Below are positions 11,156 through 23,070 of a stretch of DNA of 46,499 nucleotides, in pieces (position 1 is the first letter of the stretch; every line of letters begins with the position of its first letter). Below the pieces are notes generated by a model, which ran no database searches, was not told the origin of the DNA, and saw only the letters and a list, made by a program, of their open reading frames with translations. This DNA comes from Selaginella moellendorffii (lineage: Eukaryota; Plantae; Lycopodiophyta). The position numbers were made by a program, and so were the translations under genes. The stretch lies in contig NW_003314300.1 in NCBI RefSeq assembly GCF_000143415.4, positions 453,744 to 500,242 on the forward strand, read 5' to 3'.

Positions 11156-11939
11156 GTTCACAGGGCCTTATGAAATTAAGGCTCGAATTGGTAAGGTGGC
11201 TTACCACCTTTGACTTCCTTGGGAGATGGGGAAGATGCACCCTGTGTTCCACATAAACTTACTTAAGCTGTACTTTGAGGATTCGCTTCGCAAGGACCAA
11301 GTAAAACTTTTACCTGAGGTTATCCAAGGGGAGGAAGAATACAAAGTCGAGGCTATTCTCAAAAAGCACAAAAGCAAGCGAGAAAGACACGAGGTGAGGG
11401 AGTTTCATGTGAAGTGGAAAGGATTTCCACATTGTGAAGCAATATAGGAACTGGAGGAGAACTTAACAAATGTGCGAGATCTAGTAGAGGAATTTTTGCA
11501 AGCTAGAACTTTATGTACTTATGCAAAATTCAATTAAAGAATCTATTCAAGAAATTAAGCAATGTCATATGTTAGGACCCAAAGGCATGCCAAAGGTAAG
11601 CTAATTAGCATGGATTAGCTAGGTCAATTAGGCATAAGGAACTACACCTAACTCCCTACAAAGATGTCAAATCTGTAAACATATTTTATAGAGGTTGGGT
11701 TTGACTCCCAACCCTCTAGTAAAGCAATGCTAGGTTCAAGTCCCAACCCCATACTAGGGTATGGTGAGGTGAGGGGTATAGGGACACCTATACTTTGTTA
11801 TCATGGGCTCTTGGCTAGGGATGCTAACTTTGGCACACTGCTAAGTGGGGGGATGTCCCTGGAGATATGGTTAACAAGTCATAAGATTAAAAAGGGACGC
11901 TCGATATGGGTATCAAACTTTTTTTATGGGTGGTGGAGT

Positions 11940-12350
11940 TGTAAGGAACCAACTCCTTGAGATGTCGAAGGTTAAAGGATCCTTGAAAACATAACCAAAA
12001 TAATAAAGAGTTCATCAGATGAGACCGAGTCCAAGATTGAGTCTAAGACTGACTCTGAGACCGAGTTTGAAACTGAGTTTGAGATTGAGTCCAAGACCAA
12101 TTTCGAGACCTAGTCTGAGACTGAGATCGAGACCGAATCCGAGATCCGAGATTGGGTGCAAGACCGAGTCGGAGACCGAGTCCAAGATAGAGTTCCAGGT
12201 TGGGTCCGAGATTGAGTCCGAGATTGAGTTCAAGTTTGAGGTTAGGTCCGAGATTGAGTCCGAGATTGAGTTCGAGTTCGAGATCAAGCCTGAGACCAAG
12301 TCTGGATACTAATACAGGTCGTGGGGTGAAAGCCCAAAGTGTGTGTCTCG
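11940..12350 (+). repeat. Truncated 3' LTR of element A with GAGACC/GAGTCC-type hexamer and 12-mer tandem repeats
   Basis: Follows the PPT, starts TGTAAGGAACCAA, repeats at 12017-12305, GGGTGAAAGCCCAAAG core shared with the C and D LTRs; breaks off at an inverted D LTR at ~12351. Confidence 0.75.
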
Positions 12351-15300
12351 TTGGTCAAAGTGCTCCACATGTCCGATCCCATGACCAACCCCCAAAAATA
12401 CCATTGACATATCAACCTGTTACGCTAAGGCTATGCCCATTCACCTTTGCCATACTAGTGGTTGAACACCATCTACATCATAGTCCTGTCTCTCAAAGAC
12501 TAGGCCATCTGTCCATGAGTGGTCATCCCAGATCCACTCCTTAGTATCCTTAGGATACCTGCAGACATGGAGAACAATATTCCCCAATATCCTTTTTTCA
12601 ATCCCTACCAAGTCCCTTTATGTCCATGGCCGTGTTTGCCAACATTGCCATTATGTCAAGGTTCACTGGCCCAACCACTAAGTTCCACTATCTTTTGGGA
12701 CTTCCTCACTATGTGACCATATCCTTGGTCACTACACTAGAGGATTGCCCCTCTTCCTTTCCACAATCTGGGACTTTGGGACAACATTTCAAAATACCGT
12801 GGCCCTATGCGAGCCTCATAGGTACTCCCCCCACTTTTCGTATTTGGGTGCTCTAGCCATAGGGCTAGAGCAAGGTTTTGTTGAGCCACATCAAGTTATT
12901 CAAGTAAGTAGTGCTACCCATGCTTGGACTAGGAGCATCAACCATTTGATCTCCTAGGGGAACTAGAGTCGGCTCTTGAACACTTCATCAAGCTACCCCA
13001 CTTGTCTATCCGTATTCACTCTAACTTTGGACTCCTTAGTAAACATATTATCACTCAGCACGTGGGCATAGTCTTCCTAGGTCACATTAGCCTTTCTTGG
13101 CCAGATTGGCTCCACTAGGGTTCAACCCCCTACTATACTTTTGGAACCCCATGCAGCCCCCCCCTCCTTAGGGGATGATTGCTTTGGGCTTTCACCCAAT
13201 AGCTTGTACTAGTATTTGGACTCGGACTCGGTCTCAGTCTTAGTTTCAGACTTGGACTTGGACTTAGTCTTGGTCTTGGTCTCGGTCTCGGTTCCATCTC
13301 GAAATCCATTTCGTGTCCATCTCAGACTCCATCTCGGACTCTATGTCGGCTCCATCTCAAGCTCCATCTCAAGTCCATCTCTTCAAGCACTTCATTAGGA
13401 GTTCCACTCCCACTCTCAACTGTCCAAATTGAAGCTTTTAGTTTAAATGTGTTACTCTTGTTTGGCTTTCACTTTGGCCATTACCATATAGCACCCTTTA
13501 CCTCCAATTTTGGGGCTTTGGGATTTGTATCTCACAACTCCACCACCCATAGACGAAGTTCGATATCCTCATCAAACAATAAACCATTTTATAAAGTAAC
13601 ACTAGCATGTATTACCCTTTCCATCTTTGGCACTTAACTAATATTCATCAATGGTTTGACACTGAAGGTTGATCATGCTTTGTCCATCCTCTAAGAAATA
13701 TAATCTCTCCAACTTAGAGACTCATTAGACCACTTATGGTGGTCCTTCCCTTTTTGTTCGTTTAGTTCATGCTAAATACGTTAGAGATATGTCTCTTTTT
13801 CAATTTAACTACTCATTCAGGAGTAGCCTCGACCTCTATCACCATAACCATCGCACTTTGAAACTTTTAATTTTGACTTCTCAAAATCAATTTCTTAGAT
13901 GTCTCCGACATCTTACATTGCACGTGTTGTGCAAACTCAACTTCCTCATCCTAGGAAGTTCTTTACTTGAGCACACCATCATCCTTTCTTTTATTTCATG
14001 CTACTCTAAGCACTAAGTTCCATTTTTCCATAATTTGTGCTAGAGCTGTCTATGGCCCTATCATTTGGCTACCTTGCCGCTCCCTCCCTTGGAACTTTCG
14101 CTTTGCTAAATTAGAGCATTTAGGAATCCATCATTGGAAATATATTTCATTTTCCATAATTCATTAACACTAAACACATGAGTATTCCTCACCTAACTTT
14201 TCTATTTGGATTCCTTTTAATGATTTCCATGGCCCATTCTTGGCCCCTAGTCTTTTGCTCCTATCCTTTGATTGTTGCAACAAAAAACATAGGATCACTA
14301 CCTCCATCCTTGAAGTATTCTTTTGATTCCATAGCAAAGGCTTTTCTTTGCCAAGTCCAGAGGGTGTTCACCCCTAATAAGTCTTTCTAGCATTTTCTGC
14401 TATGAGCTTTATGCATGGCCCAACATAACAACCCACCCATGAGTCTTTTTCTTAGATTCGCAATACCATTGCATTGTTGTAGTTCATTTCCCTCAAGTGT
14501 TTTTCCCATTTGGTTATTTTGACTAAGCCAGCACTATTATCAATAGTTCAAATCAATACTTCGACTTTGAATTAAGAATTTTATTGTTTAACCTCACAAG
14601 TACTTTGTCTTTGTTTTAGCTATAAAACCACCTAGTGATCTAACCTTAACACTTTAACAGGTTTGCCAATTGGTATTAGGTCTTTCAAACCTTTAACTTG
14701 TTGACCATGACCCTAAGGGCATCCCCCACACTTGGCAGTGCACCCAAGCTAGCCCTTCTGACCAAGGGTCCATAGCAATTAAGACTGGGTGTCCCTATTT
14801 CATTCACTATGTCCTTGGTGCCACTTGCATCAAAGTGTTCAAATTAGATATATTGAGCTTTCACACTAAGCAATCTAACCATACATCATAACTCTAGGGC
14901 ATCCCCTACTTGGTGGTGTGCCCAAGTCAATCTCCTTACTAAGAGTCCATGACCATTGAAAAATGAATGTCCTCATATTCCAAACCATTACCATGCCCTA
15001 GTGAGTTGGGACTCGAACCCAAGCACTACAAGGTTGGGACTTGAACCCAACCTCCATATATGCATCTACAAACAACATTACTTAGGATGTCGAGCATGAC
15101 TCCTCACGCCGGTGCATCAACTTATACTTAAAGTGTGCTACGGATCACAACTAAGGAATTTAATTCCTCCCAACTGCCAAGCCTTCTCACTTGACAAGTC
15201 TGTGATCATGCATGGACTCCTCCATGTTTGGCCCCATGAGCCACCCTTTTCTAAGTCACTCCTTTAAGTAGGGTTTTTTTGTTTCCCTAACTTGCCAATC

Positions 15301-17517
15301 TCACTTTAGCAAGTCACTTGACTAGCATAACATGGTTTCATGCATATGCGTGAAAGTCTTTAACCATTGACTTTCGTTCAAAGTTATATCTTTAAACACT
15401 CAGGAACTACTTCCTCAATCTTGATAGCCTTGCCTTGTGGCAAGCTTTAAGTCCACACTTCTGCTGCACCATTTTGATTTTACACTTAATTTAAACTATT
15501 TATACTTGTCTTTTTAGGCACCAACTTACCTAGAATTATCTTTGGGAACCTTGAAGGGACTCTGTCCCTTAGCTTGCTAATGCCTCTCCTTTCACAAGCT
15601 TTTTAATTGCCATATAATTTTATACCTTAGACTCTTCATAGCATCACAGTTGTTAATAGCAACACATTAAAGCACCCATTTAACTCTCCACTCCCAATTT
15701 GTATAACCACCCTTGATTATAACCTTCGATTTCTATAGTTCGGTTTTATCTCTGTATTACTTGCTTTTTGGCTTTATGCCTTCCCTTTAGTTATTCTCCT
15801 CCCATCTAAAAGAGTAGTTTTGCACTTTCTACTATGCCTTAGAAAGTATTCGTATGGATAAACCTACTCAATAACTTAGGGAGTGGATCTTCAATCGGGA
15901 TATGTTCACTGTGTAATCCCACACACCAAGATTAATATTGTTACTGTTGCAAATGTGACTTCGGGTATCGAAAGTTACCTGTCGGCCAATCCTTATAGAC
16001 ACTCTTTTTTTCTGTCATGACGGCAGGAGGTCAGTATTGCTAAACCCTTTATTAGTCCCTCTTGATCAATTGTTAGTAAACTAAACTTTGCATCTGTACT
16101 TAGCTAGATAGACATAAGGTAGGAACTTTTATGTGTTTCTAGCTGAGCATACTCAGCCTGGCTCTTAGTTCTCTTTTGCTCTGTCTTGCACTAGCTTGAT
16201 AAGAACCCTCGTGTATTGAGATTAATCCCTCAATATCGCTGAATGATAGCTTACCGTGTCTGCCAAACACCCTCGCTATCATGCCCTTTGTTTTAGTCTC
16301 ATTTTGGTCCCAAATGCTATTTATGGAAAGTGTCTAGATTTGCTCATTTGGCATATCTACAGAATGTAGAGATTGGCTTGAACACAATGGTGTTCGTCTC
16401 GTGTCCAAATTCGCAATCTAGCACTATTCTATATTTAGTAAGTTTCGAGCTTATCCTAGAGACTAACTCCTGATACTAAGGCCCAAAGAGTGTGTTCCTC
16501 AAGGGGGGGGGCTATGGGTGGTTCCAAATGTATAGTAGGGATAGTGGGTAGGTTGGACATGGCCAACCAACTTGAGGCATAGTCTAACTCCCGCTTGCGT
16601 GCTTATCCTTGTTCTGCATCTGGCTTAGGTCTAAACCCAAATTCCACACCATGCTAGCTGGTGGAGTACCCATGTCTTTGCATTAGGCCACCGGAATGCT
16701 GAAATAGTGCCAGACTCTGTTTGGCTCTGTTTTGCGTGCTAGTCCTAGCATTGGGATATTGGTTGCTCTAGGATTGTTCTAAGTTGCTCTGGGCTCCTGT
16801 CCCTTTGCTCCTTGGGCTGTATGCTCAAGAGTTGCTCCGTGGTCTGGTTCCATCACTCCTTGGCTCCATGCTTGGGAGTTTTGCATTGTTCCTTCATTCA
16901 GTGGCCCAAGGCCCTAAACCTCGGGTTCCACACCACTATCCTATGGACATGTGGCATGTGACACATAGCATATGACACATGGCATATAGAGGGTTTAAGT
17001 TTCGCTTCGTGGTGTTATCCTATGGTAATCACCATAAGATAAAAGGTAAAAACCACGTATGCTACAACTACACATGGGCCTCTTTATGCCCATTGTTAGT
17101 CATGCTAAAATCCTTTTTAGCTTGTTCCAATTTAGACATACAGATTTCTCCTGTCTCTACAACCTTGGATATTGGATAGCACTTTCTATCCATTATTCGC
17201 TAGGGATTTAGTCCTTTAGGCTTTATTTAATACCCTTATGATGCTTTATCTAATACCCTTATGATACTAAACACCACTTTTTGGTGTTTTAAAGTGTTTA
17301 GATGTCTCAATGATAGCCTTCTTTGACAATGAGCATTTCCCTTTTTAACATTAATTTACTAATTTGCAACATAAACAATTTATCCCTCCAAGAGATATAT
17401 CTAACTACTTTATCCAAACAAGAAGTTTTGGGTAGTTAACTTCTACTAATTCAATCAATTAAGTTACATCTTTTACTTAGTTGCTTCATAGTTGTCAAGT
17501 GCTACAACTTATTGTTA
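12351..17517 (-). mobile_element. Family D non-autonomous (LARD-like) LTR element, copy D1, truncated at both ends
   Basis: 3' LTR 12351-13536 (begins TGTGAG on minus), PPT 13537-13550; internal region homologous to 27095-28880; no coding domains recognised. Confidence 0.8.
15945..17066 (+). mobile_element. Family C solo LTR nested in D1
   Basis: TGTTGCAAATGTGAC...GCTACA, homologous to 36698-37844. Flanks GTTAC and ACTAC each differ by one base from GCTAC at the empty homologous site (~28462). Confidence 0.88.
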
Positions 17518-17519
17518 GT

Positions 17520-18798
17520 GGAGTAAAACCCAAGTTTTAAGGCCTTAGGCCACTGAATGAAGGAATAAAGTTAAACTCTTAAGTATGGAGCCAATGAGTG
17601 AAGAAACTAAAGCATAGAATGACTTTTGAGTGTACAACCGAAGGAATGAAAGGTTAGGAGCATAGAGCAACTTGGAATAGTCCTAGAGCATTTAACATCC
17701 TAATGTTAGAACCAACATGTAAAATGGAGCTAAATAAAGTTTGGCACTATTTTAGTATACTGGTGGTCTAATGCGAGGATATGGGTACTCCACTAGCTAG
17801 CATAGTGTGGAATTTGGGCTTAGACCCAAACTTGAAGCAAAATAAAGATATGCATGTAAGCAAGCGCTAGACTATGCCTCAAGTTGGTCAAACAATGGTG
17901 GGGGTTCCCCGATTTTTTCTATAATTTTGGGGCCCCTTTCCCCTTTTTTTGGCCCCCCCCCCCCCCCCTTAACCCTTTTCCTGGCCCCCCCCCCCCCCCC
18001 CCTTCTTCTGAAGAGCACACACTTTGGACTTTCACCCCTTGTCACCTTTAATACCAAGAGTTAGTCTCTAGAACAAGCATGAAATTTATTAAATGTGGAA
18101 TTGTGTTAGATTGTGAATTTAGATATGAAATCAACACCATTGTGTTCAATATGATCTTTAAATTTTATAGATATACCAAAATAAATTAGCAAATGTAGAC
18201 ACTTTCTATAAATAGTAATTAGGACCGAATAGGACCAACACATGGGACATGATAGCAAGGGTGTTTAGTAGACACGGTAAGCTATCATTTGGCAATATTG
18301 AGGGATCAAGCTTAATATTGCAGAGGTTCCTAATACTAGCAAGTGCAAGCCAATATATAAACTTCTCATACTGAGTTGAGTATGCTTAGCAAGAAACACA
18401 TAAAAGTTCCTATTTTATGTTTATTTGGCATAAGTACATACATAATAACCAATTTCTCAACTAGCTTAAGTAGAGATTAATAAAGGGTCTAACAATATTA
18501 ACCTTCTGCCGTTATGGCAATAAGGAAAAAATATCTGAAAGGACTAACTGACAAACAACTTTTGATACCCGCAATCATATTTGCAACATATGCTCAGCAA
18601 GAAATATACAAGAGTGTTCCTACCTTATATTTATTCAGTATAAATATATATATAATGACCAATTTTTTAACTAACTTAGGTGGAGACTAATAAAGGATCT
18701 AGCAATACCGACCTCTTGCCATCATGGCAGTAAAAAAAGAATGTTTAAAAGGATTCACTGATAGGTAACTTTTAATACCTGCAGTCATATTTGTGACA
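17520..18798 (-). repeat. Old, AT-eroded family C LTR (3'-truncated) plus a tandem duplication of its first ~210 bp
   Basis: Reverse-complement similarity to 15945-16930; LTR start motif seen twice (TTTGCAACA ~18587 and TTTGTGACA ~18798). Confidence 0.75.
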
Positions 18799-18799
18799 A

Positions 18800-19500
18800 C
18801 TTAGGCTCATGGGTGAAGCACATTAACAACTTAAGGTTACATTTTGAGTTAGCAAAAATTAATGGTAACCTATTAGTGGTTATTATGAGTTATTACCATA
18901 TTACTATGGGTAAAAGTAAACCTCTATGAGTTTGCTATAAGTTGCAAATAGGTTGGTCTATAGTTTTTTTAGCATAGCACTAGTGGATCCTTACTATACA
19001 TGATTATAAATTAACCAATCAAGATTGTAGGGATTAATTTATTGAATCAAGTAATCATTATTGTGCTCTCTCATAAACTTATATTACATTTATCTGAAAG
19101 TACTGCAAATATAATCTTAAGGTTTAGTTAAGTTGAGTCAGAAAAAAGAGTTATTAGGGATGAGTGCTACTTTTGTTGAGATACCAAGCTCGTCAGAGAT
19201 GAAAGTTGTGGCAATGGTTTCCACCTGAGCCCATTGCTTCTTTCACCCAAAGTATTAAACACATAAATTATCTTCTCTTCTTTGAGAAATGATTTATAAT
19301 AAAGTGTGATTTTATTGTTTATATTCATGAAAGCACTATTTTGATTTATGTTAGTTATAATGGTTTTACAAATGGTGTGTTGTGGGATGGATAATGGAGA
19401 AGAGGTAAATCATTTAACTAGATTTACCATCAAAAGGCATAGGTTATATTATTCAATTCTTTTTTAAAGAGCTTTACTATTGCTAGATTAGTTTTGAGTT
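18800..19500 (+). repeat. Old fragment of the family C internal 5' region
   Basis: Collinear similarity to ~38030-38740 (e.g. GCACATTARCAACTYRAGGTTACAYTTTGAGTT; GCACTAGTGGATCC). Confidence 0.7.
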
Positions 19501-22407
19501 TAGTTGGAAAAAAATTTCCTTACACTTAAAGGTCTCTAGAAAATGAAAAGGTGATAACGATAAATCATCTAGAATATTTAGGGGTTGTGTTAGGTGATTA
19601 TAGATTGTTATAAGAACTTGAAACCACCAATATAATTGTTGATAACCATAATAGAAACAAAACCAAAGCCATAACATAGATATCAATCAATTATGAATTC
19701 TTAATAAATTAGTTGTAACTCGATATACAGCTGCCAAATGCTCAAATCATTCAATGCTATTTGAAAATTGAAATCTATAGCATAAATCACTCTATTTAAG
19801 CTTCTCAGCCCGGAGTTTTAGAGTTTTAGGATCAAGGAAAAATTATGTAAGGAAACTTGATCACAGAATTGAAAACTCAACCCATCAATTAGAATTAAAA
19901 AAGGCACTATGAATTAGGGAAAAAATTCAAGACATAGTCAGAAATATTTTGAGATGATAAATGGGTATAGTTGAATGGTTATGGATGGTCATGTAAGGTG
20001 CCATTTACATGGCACATAATGGCCATTAGATTGTAAAATATGAGGAATATTTGATTTCACATGGGGAATATCCAAGTTTACACATAGAATATTCTTTTAG
20101 GACCAATAAAGGAATGCCATGTGTCCTGTTTTTCACAATCGTTTTTCCACACAATATACTTCTACAAGTGGGAGAGAGGGAAAAAGGAGCGAGATGACAG
20201 TAGAATAGAATGAACGAATCTAAAGGGGAAGCCTAGCTACTATGACTAAAATGTGTATTCCCTGTTTGGGCAGGCTGATTGAGTTTCAATTGACTTTGGC
20301 ATAATGAGCCCTCCCAAACATGTGTCTTTGTTTATTTTTTCAATGGAGCGCTTTTTAAAAGTAGGTGGTAATTGAGTTATAACTCTTATTAGAGTAGTTG
20401 TATAATTTTACCTACATAGAAAATATTCACTAGGTGAAAATTCTCTCATTTCGATGCAACATATATGTACATTTCTCCAAGTCCCTTAGCAACTGATACA
20501 AAAAACAAGTCACCCTTAGCACTGTTCACTCAACTATGTCATCTTGCAATTCTCCACCTAATGGTGACTGCTGCCCTCCAACCATGGTTGCTGTGGTCAT
20601 CGCCTCCGCAGTGCATCTAGTGCCAAATCACCACGTCGAGCCTCCTTTGTTACCGTGTCTGGTGGTCTCCATTTCCACTTGACCTCTCCCTTGTGTTCTA
20701 CTCCATAGCATGGAGTCCATATGTAAGTGATTAAATTTTCCATTCCACTTTAGTCACTTAATCACACCATCGGGCACTTGGAGAAGTCTCACATACAACC
20801 TCCGTAAATCCTATTCTAGACTTAAGGACTTGCTAGCCCCAAAAATGGCATCCATGCCACTCAACCATTGCACTTGGTCCAAGTACGCCACATGTCCAAT
20901 CCCATGACCGACACCCTAAGGTACCACCGACATATCAGCCCGTTACGCTAAGGCCATGCCCATTCACCTTGGTCACACCGGTGGTCTAACACCACCTACA
21001 TCACAGTTCCGTCTTTCAAAGACTAGGCCATCCGTCCATGAGTGATCATCCTAGATCCACTCCTTAGCATCCTTAGGATGCCCCCAAACATGGGGAATAG
21101 CATTCCCCAATATCTCTTTTCCGGTCCCCACCAAGTCCCTTTTCTGCCCATGGCCGTATTCGCCAACATTGCCACTAGATCAAGGCTCACAAGCCCGACG
21201 ATTAAGTCCCATGGTCCTCTGGGACTTCCTCCCCACACAACTGTATCCTTGATCACTACACCAGAGGATTGCTCCTCTTCCTTTCCATAGTTTGGGCTTT
21301 TAGGACAACATTTAGGAACACCGTGGCCCTACACATGCTTTGTGGGTACTCTCCCCGCCTTCCACCTTTTGGTGCTCTAGCCATGGCTTAGAGCGAGGTT
21401 CCGTTAAGCCACACCAGGTATCCAAGTAGGTAGTGCCACCCACACTTGGACTGGGAGCATCGACCATTCAATCTTCCGGGGGAATTAGAGTCGGCTCTTG
21501 AACACTTCACCAAGCTACCCCACTTGTCGGTCTGTATTCACTTTAGTCTTGGACTTCCCAATGGTCAACTCATCACCCAACACCTGGGTACAACCTTCCT
21601 GGGCCAAATTAGCCTTTCCTGGCCAAACTGGCTCCACTAGGCTCCAACCCCTACACTCTCCCTCCTATACTTTTGGAATCCCCCACAGCCCCCCCCGCCC
21701 CCCCTTGGGGGATGATCACTTTAGGCTTTCACCCAACAACCTGTATTAGTATTCGGACTCAGACTCGGACTTGAACTCGGACTCGGACTCGGTCTCTGTC
21801 CTGGTTTCAGGCTCGGACTCAGTCTCGATCTCAGTTCCATCTCGGACTCCATCTTGGGTCCATCTCAGACTCCATCTCGGGTCCATATCGGACTCCATCT
21901 TGGGTCCATCTCGGACTCCATCTTGGGTCCATCTCGGGTCCATCTCAGGTCCATCTCGGACTCCAACTCGGGTCCCTCTCGGACTCCATCTCGGACTCCA
22001 TCTCGGGTCCATCTTGAACTCCATCTCGGACTCCATCTTGGGTCCATCTCGGGTCCATCTCGAACTCTATCTCGTGTCATGTGTTGGTCCTCATGTGTCC
22101 CTTTTCTAGAGACTCACTTATTGCTTGCTTTGTGCTTGTTCCTCGAGCACTTTGTTGGGAGTTCCACTCCCACTCTTGACCTTTCAAGTCGAAGCTTTTA
22201 GTCCAAACGTGTTATGCTCGTTTGGCTTTCGCTTCGGCCACTACCACGTGGCACCCTTTCAACTCCACTTTGGGGCCTAGGGATTTTGTGTCTCACATTT
22301 CCACCACCCCTAGACGAAGTTTGATGTCCTCATCGAAACATAAACTATTTTATAAAAGTATACCAACATATATTACCCTTTTCACTCTTGGCACTCGCCA
22401 ATATTTG

Positions 22408-23070
22408 NNNNNNNNNNNNNNNNNNNNNNNNNNNNNNNNNNNNNNNNNNNNNNNNNNNNNNNNNNNNNNNNNNNNNNNNNNNNNNNNNNNNNNNNNNNNN
22501 NNNNNNNNNNNNNNNNNNNNNNNNNNNNNNNNNNNNNNNNNNNNNNNNNNNNNNNNNNNNNNNNNNNNNNNNNNNNNNNNNNNNNNNNNNNNNNNNNNNN
22601 NNNNNNNNNNNNNNNNNNNNNNNNNNNNNNNNNNNNNNNNNNNNNNNNNNNNNNNNNNNNNNNNNNNNNNNNNNNNNNNNNNNNNNNNNNNNNNNNNNNN
22701 NNNNNNNNNNNNNNNNNNNNNNNNNNNNNNNNNNNNNNNNNNNNNNNNNNNNNNNNNNNNNNNNNNNNNNNNNNNNNNNNNNNNNNNNNNNNNNNNNNNN
22801 NNNNNNNNNNNNNNNNNNNNNNNNNNNNNNNNNNNNNNNNNNNNNNNNNNNNNNNNNNNNNNNNNNNNNNNNNNNNNNNNNNNNNNNNNNNNNNNNNNNN
22901 NNNNNNNNNNNNNNNNNNNNNNNNNNNNNNNNNNNNNNNNNNNNNNNNNNNNNNNNNNNNNNNNNNNNNNNNNNNNNNNNNNNNNNNNNNNNNNNNNNNN
23001 NNNNNNNNNNNNNNNNNNNNNNNNNNNNNNNNNNNNNNNNNNNNNNNNNNNNNNNNNNNNNNNNNNNNNN
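22408..23070. other. Assembly gap (663 N)
   Basis: N run; the X-containing ORFs here are artefacts. Confidence 1.

Larger units (their letters stand above)
7240..11500 (+). pseudogene. pol: Element A pol: RT, RNase H, integrase and group-I chromodomain, disrupted
   Basis: ORFs 7427-7909 (RT), 9312-9515 and 9558-9779 (integrase), 10977-11213 (GPY), 11226-11447 (HPVFH, then EEYKVEAILK...FHVKWKGF chromodomain). Confidence 0.93.
1..12350 (+). mobile_element. Element A: degenerate Ty3/Gypsy chromovirus (LTR remnant at 1-50, gag-PR-RT-RH-IN-chromodomain, PPT, truncated 3' LTR), interrupted by four nested insertions
   Basis: Zinc knuckle CFNSGEA*HFSRECP (990-1034), protease ILIDTGASNNFI (~1206-1241), [13 protein letters not shown] (~7807-7839), RNase H, integrase (GH..KT..LL.RKYHWP; DFITRLP; VVVDQF; TERVN; FTGPY), chromodomain, PPT GGGTGGTGGAG (11928-11938), LTR start TGTAAG at 11940. 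Many stops and frameshifts. Confidence 0.93.

Noticed and set aside
13540-13650. Apparent integrase N-terminal remnant in family D
   Set aside because: The segment is the PPT/LTR junction shared with element A; the protein resemblance is coincidental.
19500-20721. Unassigned AT-rich segment
   Set aside because: No termini, TSD, ORF or homology to the rest of the window was found.
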